From the IMG/VR virus record IMGVR_UViG_2832928787_000001, positions 1 through 64,000 of that record: a DNA stretch of 64,000 bases. One strand, given 5' to 3'. The notes beneath the pieces were generated by a model. It was not told the origin of the DNA and made no database searches. It worked only from the letters and a program-made list of their open reading frames with translations. Both the position numbers and the translations under genes were made by a program. This DNA comes from a virus. Taxonomy: Duplodnaviria; Caudoviricetes. This document shows positions 57,181-64,000 of the stretch, piece by piece; position 1 is the first letter of the stretch, and the number at the start of each line of letters is the position of its first letter.

Positions 57181-57494
57181 AGGTTGACCTCCGATTTCTC
57201 GCCGATGTACAGCAGGCAGCGGCTGCCGAGGTCGTTGCCGCCGGTCGGGTCCAGCCCGACGCCGCTTTCGTCGACCAGCAGGAAGAAATAGTCGACCTGC
57301 ACCCGCCAGAGGATGGGTACGCCCACCATCAGCGCCTGGCCCTGAGCGATCCACCGTGCATCGGTCTCGTCGTAGACGTCGATGGCCCAGTGGTCGCCAA
57401 TAGAGTTGTAGCGGATGGTCAGCTGCAGCGACCGGCCGGCAATCTCGACGGTCATGCCCTGCAACGGACTGGAATCTACGGGTAGCTGTCGCAT
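57177..57494 (-). CDS. Baseplate plug-like protein
   Basis: LTIRYN...W.ID, DLG.RC.LY. Confidence 0.7.
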   Translation of the reverse strand: MRQLPVDSSPLQGMTVEIAGRSLQLTIRYNSIGDHWAIDVYDETDARWIAQGQALMVGVPILWRVQVDYFFLLVDESGVGLDPTGGNDLGSRCLLYIGEKSEVNL

Positions 57495-57703
57495 GGCGGG
57501 TCCATGAAAAAACCCGCTGGGTAGCGGGTTGAAATGTGATCGGCCCGCGCTCGCGGGATGACAAAGCTCGCGCAGGATGCCGGTATGGGCCGAGAAAGCC
57601 TGTACAAAGCACTCACGCCTGGCGCCAACCTGCACGCCACGCCAGTGCATTGAGCTGTAACGAAAAGCCCGCCTATGTGGCGGGCTTTTGCGTTTCCAAG
57701 CTG

Positions 57704-58114
57704 TTACTTTGTGCTTTCCATCAACTGATGCAGTTCTCGGCGGAATGCTAGGGGATTGTCAATGCTCGGAACTGGAGCCGCTGGGTTGCCGGCGCCGCCG
57801 ATCACCAAGGTTCCGAAACCGAGCATGCGCCCGAAAATTCCTTGATCAACTTGTACGCTCTCAACCTTTTCCAGCTTCAGTTCGATTGTTCGGCGACTGA
57901 TGAATCCGAACTTCGCGATGACGCGCTTGTTCGTGATAGCCAGCTCGGTCGTCAAAACGCGGACAACGGCGATTGCCAACGGGATGATTCCGATAAAGAA
58001 GACGAACAGCAGGATCACCCCCGAGATGATGAGGGCGATCTGAGAGAGCCACGACACCTTGGCGCGGTAGACTACTTGCTCTCCCGGCATCAGGTTGCTG
58101 TCGATATATGACAT
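57704..58114 (-). CDS. Bacterial PH-domain membrane protein (moron)
   Basis: ELAITNKRVI.K.G, VESV.V.Q..GR..G.G; followed by a terminator at 57663-57689. Confidence 0.85.
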   Translation of the reverse strand: MSYIDSNLMPGEQVVYRAKVSWLSQIALIISGVILLFVFFIGIIPLAIAVVRVLTTELAITNKRVIAKFGFISRRTIELKLEKVESVQVDQGIFGRMLGFGTLVIGGAGNPAAPVPSIDNPLAFRRELHQLMESTK

Positions 58115-58174
58115 TGACGGTTCCTTATCGGTAAAAATACATGATCATAATATCTTACACGATCAACGGCCTTC

Positions 58175-58960
58175 TCACTTCCCCCTAATCCATCCGTCAA
58201 TGACCTTGATTACAGACCGGTTTCCGCTGGCATCTTTGGCCTGAACCTTCCCTTTTTGGGCCTTGGTGGCTGACTGTGCCGCCGCCCGCCCCGACTTCTT
58301 CGCCCCGCTGACAGGGTTGTGAACGCCAGCGATGGTCTCGGTGTCGACGATCATCACCTCGCGCGCTGCGATGTTGAATTCTGCAGACCCGTCCCGTGTC
58401 TGGCTTACAGACACAGACGTGACCATCATGTTCTGGTACAGCCGCAGCCCGGTTTCGATCTCAATGGTCTCTCCGGATCGCTGTGCCGCTGTCAGCGCGT
58501 CGTACACCTGCTGAACCCGGTCTGCTGCTGCGCTCGACGGGCTCTCCGCCGCCCCCAGGGCGGCGAAGTTGGGCAGCCATGGGGCCAGCGCACGGGCGGT
58601 TGTGGTGGCTGTCGATATTGCGGTTTGCGCCGTAGCCGCGAACGAGCTCAGCTCACGCTGCATGCGCACCACCGTTTGCGGCGTCCGCATTGGCAAGGCC
58701 ATCAGCGGCCGGATTTTGTCCAGGAAGTTCATTCCACGGATGCCGGGCGTCGCAGTGCTCGTCGGCCGTGTCGTCTGGCGCTCGTAATCCACCATCACAC
58801 CTGTAATGGTGACGGTTTTCGGCTCCAGCACGGCATGGTCAGCGATCTGTGCGCCGGACTCGACCGGATTCTCTGTGACCCGCAGGTCGGACTGGTGGCC
58901 CTCGGATACCACGGCATCCAGCTCCACCGTTCCGATCCTGCGATTGATCACTCTGGCCAT
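58175..58960 (-). CDS. Dit-like baseplate protein
   Basis: E.H...VTENPVESGA.IADHA, TGLRLY.NM. Confidence 0.8.
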   Translation of the reverse strand: MARVINRRIGTVELDAVVSEGHQSDLRVTENPVESGAQIADHAVLEPKTVTITGVMVDYERQTTRPTSTATPGIRGMNFLDKIRPLMALPMRTPQTVVRMQRELSSFAATAQTAISTATTTARALAPWLPNFAALGAAESPSSAAADRVQQVYDALTAAQRSGETIEIETGLRLYQNMMVTSVSVSQTRDGSAEFNIAAREVMIVDTETIAGVHNPVSGAKKSGRAAAQSATKAQKGKVQAKDASGNRSVIKVIDGWIRGK

Positions 58961-58969
58961 AACCACCTC

Positions 58970-60685
58970 TCAATATTTGACCGCACCGCCAGCGTTCCGC
59001 GTTGCCACCTGCTGTTGACGGCGCAGCTCGTTGGCAGCGGTCTTGCCGGCCTTCTCCGGGTCTGACGTGACAATGGTCATCTTCACGTCCTGGTTCACAT
59101 TCCCGCCCTGCCCGCCGCCAAACTGGGCGGCACGAGGGGAGGCGCCCGGGTTTGTCGACTGCGGACGGGCGGCATTCTGCGCGCCGGCCACTGCGCCCGG
59201 TGTTGCCGAGGCTGTCACGGCCACCTTTTGAGCCACTTCGATGGTCTTGCCATTGAGCAGGCCCAGAGACTGGCCTATCGACGTGAAGAAACCGATCACC
59301 TTCTGGACGCCGGCAGCGATGGCGCCGACCGTCTGGTCCCATAGGGCCGTGACACGGTTGAATGCACCTTCGAAGCTGCCGGAAATTAAATCGCCGATGA
59401 CCCCGAAAATAGATGAAAGGATGCTCGTCAGTGGAGCAAAAATCTCTGCGATCGCGGCAATGACAGCCGCCGCCCCTGACTCGATGGTTTGCCATGCGGC
59501 GCTCGCAACGGCCGAGACAAGCGCGAATAACTGATCAAAGATGGCAGCCAGCGCTTCAGCCGTTTTGGCGCCAACATCCCCTAGCATTTCCCAATTGCCC
59601 GTCAGTAGGGCGAAAATCCCGCGAACTCCTTGCCACAGGAAGGACAGGAACGCGCCAAACACGATCAGGGCACCAACAACAAACGTGGTGACGGCCTCCC
59701 CATTTTTAGCCCACCATTCGACCATCCACTGGCCGAGCTGAACGAGGGCGTCCTTCATGGCGACCATGCCGTCGACCATGGGATCCCATATCCCCAGTGC
59801 AATCTTCTTGAGATGTTCGAACCAGGCCTCCACCATCGGGATAGCCTCGACAAACGGCTTCCAGAAATCACCCAACAGACTCTCGCCGCCCTCCATGTAA
59901 ACCATGAAGTCGTCGACCAACAGGATTACGGCTGCAATAGCAGCAGCGATCCAGGTCAACGGGTTCATCAGCAAGGCCAGGCCTTGAGCCGCTGCAGCCA
60001 TGACCATCTGCCTTTTGAGGAAGATGAAACCTGCAGCAAGAAGCCCGAGCGCCACCTTCCACCCAGTGGTGTGGTCGATGACCTTGGCGATAAAACTGAC
60101 GGTGTTACCGATGGCACCGCCGATCCGACCAATCACGTCTTTCAGTTTCGTCAGCGTCCCCTCGATCAGCGCCCGATTGGCGTCGTACCACTCGCTGATT
60201 TTGCTGACGATGGCGCCCAGATACGGCAGTACGGTCAGGATCGCCTGCCGTCGGATGTCATGGAACACGCCGGTGATCTGCTCGCCGGCCTCGGTCAGCC
60301 GGGTTTTGGCCTCCTCAACGGCGCTGCGCGCAGACTTGCCCGCCTCCTCGTCCAGATCCTCAACATTGCTGATGGCATCGTCAATGAACGACGACAGGCC
60401 GCTGGCCAGAACAGCGATTCCGGCGCCGACGCCGCTCAGCGCCGCCATCCACATGCCAAACGACGCCATGATCGATCCGGTACCGCGGCCCACATCAGAT
60501 GCAGCCTGATTCACCGCACCCGCAGTGCTGGCGCCAGTAGCACCGGCAGCCTTGGCCTGATCGGCAATGGCCTTTACTGCGTCATCGGCGGCGCTGGTCA
60601 CATGGGTCAGTGCCGCAGTCGCCGCCTGAGCCCCGGCCGTGTCAGCCAGGAACCCAAGTTTCCACAGGAATTCGTCGAGGATCAT
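58970..60685 (-). CDS. Tape measure protein
   Basis: DEFL.KLGF start, DDF..YM.GGES..G.FW, Trp/Phe periodicity. Confidence 0.82.
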   Translation of the reverse strand: MILDEFLWKLGFLADTAGAQAATAALTHVTSAADDAVKAIADQAKAAGATGASTAGAVNQAASDVGRGTGSIMASFGMWMAALSGVGAGIAVLASGLSSFIDDAISNVEDLDEEAGKSARSAVEEAKTRLTEAGEQITGVFHDIRRQAILTVLPYLGAIVSKISEWYDANRALIEGTLTKLKDVIGRIGGAIGNTVSFIAKVIDHTTGWKVALGLLAAGFIFLKRQMVMAAAAQGLALLMNPLTWIAAAIAAVILLVDDFMVYMEGGESLLGDFWKPFVEAIPMVEAWFEHLKKIALGIWDPMVDGMVAMKDALVQLGQWMVEWWAKNGEAVTTFVVGALIVFGAFLSFLWQGVRGIFALLTGNWEMLGDVGAKTAEALAAIFDQLFALVSAVASAAWQTIESGAAAVIAAIAEIFAPLTSILSSIFGVIGDLISGSFEGAFNRVTALWDQTVGAIAAGVQKVIGFFTSIGQSLGLLNGKTIEVAQKVAVTASATPGAVAGAQNAARPQSTNPGASPRAAQFGGGQGGNVNQDVKMTIVTSDPEKAGKTAANELRRQQQVATRNAGGAVKY

Positions 60686-60917
60686 GGTGCGGGTCTTTCT
60701 TGCGCCCGACGCTGTGCCTCATCCCATTCAGCCATGGCGTCGTGGAAATCGAGCAGATCGGACAGGGTGTAGACGGTGCGCAGCTCGTGCAGGGTGCACA
60801 GGCGGCGCATCACGGGGGCGTACAGGAACCAGTCGACTACGGCGTCGGCGGCGTGACCAGCTGCGTCAGGTTCGGGAACAGCTGACCCAGCGCGGCCATG
60901 CCGCCGGCGAAAAAATC
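60682..60917 (-). CDS. Frameshift extension of the tail chaperone
   Basis: T TTT TTC slippery heptamer within 60909-60917; the -1 frame encodes VDWFL...TL.EL..VYTL.DL. Confidence 0.75.
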
Positions 60918-61262
60918 GCCGAACTGGTAGCTGGCGCCCTGCATCAGCAGCGGCATCATGTGACCGCGATGGGCGTTGAAATGCTCGTTCAGCTTGTCCT
61001 GCAGTCGGAACGGATTGCCCACGGCCGGTGCCACGTTGATGTGGCCGAACACCAGGTTCTCGATGTCGGTCACAGCCGGATCGCCGAGGTTGCTCAGAAT
61101 GGCGCCAATTGCGCGACTGGTGCCGGCCTTGTGGTCCTGCGACAGCTCGACCCCGTTCAGCAGCCGGCCCGCCTTCTTGAGGGCAGCCCACGCGGTTGCA
61201 GCATTGGCCGGCGTCATGACGTAGGTGACGTCGTCCAGGGTGATGCGCTTTTCGTTGTCCAT
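60837..61262 (-). CDS. Tail assembly chaperone
   Basis: Between tube and TMP genes; HF..H, FGDFF. Confidence 0.8.
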   Translation of the reverse strand: MDNEKRITLDDVTYVMTPANAATAWAALKKAGRLLNGVELSQDHKAGTSRAIGAILSNLGDPAVTDIENLVFGHINVAPAVGNPFRLQDKLNEHFNAHRGHMMPLLMQGASYQFGDFFAGGMAALGQLFPNLTQLVTPPTP

Positions 61263-61699
61263 CAGTTACCCCATCCCTTTTCCTGTTTGATGTCCCCGAC
61301 CTCGAACACGATGGTCCAGGTGTGTGCGTTGTGTCCCGCACCACGGGTGAACTCGGTCGGCGTGGTGAAAAACCCGCCGGTGCCGGTGGCCACGTCCTCG
61401 TTCAGCAGGTCGCGGATTTCCAGCGTGAACGGTGTGAACCCCTTGATCTGCGCCCGCTGCTGGCGCAACAGATCGGACAGGTGCTTGTTGTCCGGGCTGT
61501 GCTGCTTGATCTTCAAAGTCAGCACATGGGACTTGTCAGGATTGACGACGAACACGCCGGTGCCATTGGCGCCCATCGTGAACGCGCCGGCGTCCGTGAC
61601 GGCCTTGTACCCGATCACGTCGGAGCCATCGGCCCAGTCGCTGATCTCATGCCCATTGAGCAGGACGGATACCTGCCGCGGGTCAAATTTTGCTGCCAT
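61262..61699 (-). CDS. Tail tube protein (DUF3277-like)
   Basis: FDP..VSV, GA.G, Q.SPDN..L. Confidence 0.8.
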   Translation of the reverse strand: MAAKFDPRQVSVLLNGHEISDWADGSDVIGYKAVTDAGAFTMGANGTGVFVVNPDKSHVLTLKIKQHSPDNKHLSDLLRQQRAQIKGFTPFTLEIRDLLNEDVATGTGGFFTTPTEFTRGAGHNAHTWTIVFEVGDIKQEKGWGN

Positions 61700-61711
61700 G
61701 TGTGGGCCTCA

Positions 61712-63217
61712 TTAGCGGTCGAAGTTGACGATGATGTCGACACCGTGGATGGCGCCGGCCAGCTTGAGCGCTACCTGCAGCGGCGGGGCCTTACGCTTCT
61801 CGCGGTCGGAGGTCGACAGGTTGTCGACGGTGTCGGCCCAGACATAGAAGCCATCGTCGAGGCGATCGCCGGTCTCCAGCGTGCCGAACGGGTCGCCGTT
61901 CCAGACGCCGGGGGCGAACGCGCCGTTCTTGACGCCTTCACGAGCGACCTTCTTCACGGCGGCGATCAGCTTGGCGGTACCGGCATCAGTCAGCGGGATC
62001 TTGGTCGGGCTACGCTTCAGTACCGCAAACACTTCCTTCTGCACAGCGTCGACGAACCAGTCGAGGATATGAATTTCGTCGAAGAACCGGCCACCGACGA
62101 CTGTGCCCTCGGCCACCATCGCGGTGTCGTCGAAGTAGGTGTAGAAATTCAGCCCCAGCCGGGTGCACTTGTTCGCTTCGGTCAGCGTCAGGCTGTCGGC
62201 AGTGATGCCCGGCAAATCCTTGAACTTCATCGTCAGCGTGGAATTGTTGGCGGCAAAGTTGACCGACAGTGCGCGGGCCAGCCAGGACATGGCCGCGTAG
62301 TAGTCGTCCCGGTCGTACAGGGCGACGGTGCGGTACGCCTGCCGGTCGTAGAGCGCCTTGAACACGTTGCCCTGGACGAATTCGATATGGGACGCCTTCG
62401 AGGTCGTGTAGCCGAAGATCTTCTTGTCGGCCGCCTGAATCCAGCCGGATGCGGCTGCAATCTCGTCGTCATCGAGCTGGGCAGCCGGCACGGCGGCGTA
62501 CCAACCGGGATTCTTGTCCTGCAGGCGGGCGAACGCCTCCGGCAGAGTCTCGGCCGGGAGCGTCACCGCATTCGCGCCAGAGGTGATGTCGGCCTGTCCA
62601 GCCTCCAGCTTCAACATGCCGCCGAGGTAGGTGCCGGCGCCGGTGCTGTCGGTCGCGTAGCCGAGGCGGGTCGCGTCATCGGCGCCAGCCTGATCGGCCT
62701 CGATGATGAAGCGGTTGCCGACCGCGTCATGCCGGCACGACACTTTCTTGGCAGTGATCTTGGCATCAATGGCTGCGGCCACGCCCTGCAGGTCCACCGC
62801 GGCGGACAGGTCGAGGCCGGTCACGTCGTACTGGCTGCCGCCGATGGCCAGCGAGAACCGGCCATCCGTCACTGCCTTCAGCTCGGCCAGCGTATTGCTC
62901 AGCGGCGAGCCGGACAGAGCAGATTTCACGGCAGGAATGGTGCGACCAGTGCGTACCCAGCGAGCCACCATCATGGATTTCGGGCGCGGGGTCTGGGCGA
63001 AGAACGGCCGGGTGGCTCGCGCGGTTTCCGAGTTGGTGCCGAACGCGGCCTCGACATCGCTCTGTTCTGCGCAGTCGATATACAGCGTGGATGCGTCGCC
63101 GAACACATTGCCCGATTCGGGCGTGAACAGCGCCAGCGTACCGAAATCCCTGCGCGCGGATGAGCGCGGCTGGATATTCAGCTGGACATTCACGATCTGG
63201 CTGAGGGGGAGAGACAT
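61712..63217 (-). CDS. Tail sheath (DUF3383-like)
   Basis: FFAQ.P.P, T.KFK.L.G, FDE....DW, KIP.TD.G, AGAIH. Confidence 0.88.
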   Translation of the reverse strand: MSLPLSQIVNVQLNIQPRSSARRDFGTLALFTPESGNVFGDASTLYIDCAEQSDVEAAFGTNSETARATRPFFAQTPRPKSMMVARWVRTGRTIPAVKSALSGSPLSNTLAELKAVTDGRFSLAIGGSQYDVTGLDLSAAVDLQGVAAAIDAKITAKKVSCRHDAVGNRFIIEADQAGADDATRLGYATDSTGAGTYLGGMLKLEAGQADITSGANAVTLPAETLPEAFARLQDKNPGWYAAVPAAQLDDDEIAAASGWIQAADKKIFGYTTSKASHIEFVQGNVFKALYDRQAYRTVALYDRDDYYAAMSWLARALSVNFAANNSTLTMKFKDLPGITADSLTLTEANKCTRLGLNFYTYFDDTAMVAEGTVVGGRFFDEIHILDWFVDAVQKEVFAVLKRSPTKIPLTDAGTAKLIAAVKKVAREGVKNGAFAPGVWNGDPFGTLETGDRLDDGFYVWADTVDNLSTSDREKRKAPPLQVALKLAGAIHGVDIIVNFDR

Positions 63218-63218
63218 T

Positions 63219-63719
63219 TCAATGCTCCGTATGAACGATGACCTCCGCCTCAGCGATATGGCGTTGGTCGATTTCTACGATGTGATCGTGGTTGATAGTC
63301 AGGTCGATATTGGCTCGTTCCTCGATACCGGCACCGATGACGCCGGTCAGGTTGCGAACCGGGGTCATGCTCGGCACCGTGCAATGCAGCGAGCGGAGGC
63401 CGGCCATGCCAGCACTCGACTCCAGCAGCGCGCGCAGCTTCTGCATTAGTGCATAGGCGTTCGTGCCGAATGCCTGGACGCTGACCGTGCTCAGGCAGGC
63501 CTGCATGATCGTCTCGGTCTCGCGCGCACCGTCGAACACCCGCCGGGCCTGGCCGATCTCGACCGTGGTCACGATGCGAACAGTCACGAACGGCCCGTGC
63601 CGGTCTGCTGGCGCAGCCTGGTCGGCGGCACGTACCGATCCGTCAGGTAACGACAAAAGCCGAAGCAGCAGGCGCCGCAGGCCCGTCATGTCGAGTTGCG
63701 ATAGCGTTGTAGAACCCAT
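63219..63719 (-). CDS. Neck/tail terminator protein
   Basis: VSVQAFG.NA, RNLT, EERA..DL; upstream of the sheath gene. Confidence 0.7.
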   Translation of the reverse strand: MGSTTLSQLDMTGLRRLLLRLLSLPDGSVRAADQAAPADRHGPFVTVRIVTTVEIGQARRVFDGARETETIMQACLSTVSVQAFGTNAYALMQKLRALLESSAGMAGLRSLHCTVPSMTPVRNLTGVIGAGIEERANIDLTINHDHIVEIDQRHIAEAEVIVHTEH

Positions 63720-63999
63720 AGTCGGACCAGTCAGAACAGGCGGACACGCGCCAGCGCGCGCCCTGGTACAGCAGAAAATCGCCCACCGCGAGCGGACTGG
63801 GCGTTATGACCTTCTTGGCCGGCAAGTGCCGCTCGCCCTCGGGCAACAGCAGCAGGTCGTCGGGTTTGGTGGCATGCACGATGGCAACGAATGTCGCCGG
63901 GGTATATTCGTCGACCCATTCGCCATCGGCATCGAACGCGCCGCCGCGGATCTCGAAATCAACCTCCTGCGCCAGGTCCGGGTCATCGAAGATTTCAGA
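63643..63999 (-). CDS. Head closure protein (5' truncated by the window)
   Basis: Open frame to the edge; DL.LLPEGER, W.DYG. Confidence 0.7.
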   Translation of the reverse strand, partial: SEIFDDPDLAQEVDFEIRGGAFDADGEWVDEYTPATFVAIVHATKPDDLLLLPEGERHLPAKKVITPSPLAVGDFLLYQGARWRVSACSDWSDYGFYNAIATRHDGPAAPAASAFVVT

Positions 64000-64000
64000 G

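Larger units (their letters stand above)
48056..64000. mobile_element. Prophage 2 (partial; contractile tail and lysis genes)
   Basis: Starts at the tRNA fragment, TGTGCC arm-type repeats at ~48107-48186, second set of lysis and tail genes. Confidence 0.9.

Noticed and set aside
57540-57593. tcggccc/gggccga stem between two terminators
   Set aside because: A single short stem with no second copy; not enough evidence for an RNA gene.

Overview
The window holds two tandem prophages of a GC-rich proteobacterium. They are joined by a 47-bp 3' fragment of tRNA-Thr(UGU) at 48009-48055, and a degenerate DnaB-like gene (1-1377) lies to their left. Prophage 1 (~1536-48008, left att not found) has lysis genes, a P2-like contractile tail, a lambda-like head and terminase, a Q-like gene, an SF3 helicase with an iteron origin, a cro/cI switch and an early-left operon. 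Its integrase is broken by one in-frame TGA. Prophage 2 (48056 to the window end) shows lysis genes and a DUF3383/DUF2612-type contractile tail with a frameshifted baseplate J gene. The most unusual region is 32.3-37.1 kb. There a CI-operator-overlapped promoter precedes an ~300-nt structured leader whose 3' half occurs three times, with cargo between the copies. The cargo is a lipoprotein, a TM-WYL-TerB protein and then an integrase-less array of integron cassettes with three clear attC sites, encoding TIR-like and exonuclease-like membrane proteins. Other oddities are a second, decayed attC cluster (42.1-42.9 kb), a plasmid-type StbA/TraL module with 11-bp phased repeats, and a DnaB that has lost catalytic residues. 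All calls come from motif recognition by eye; no searches were run.
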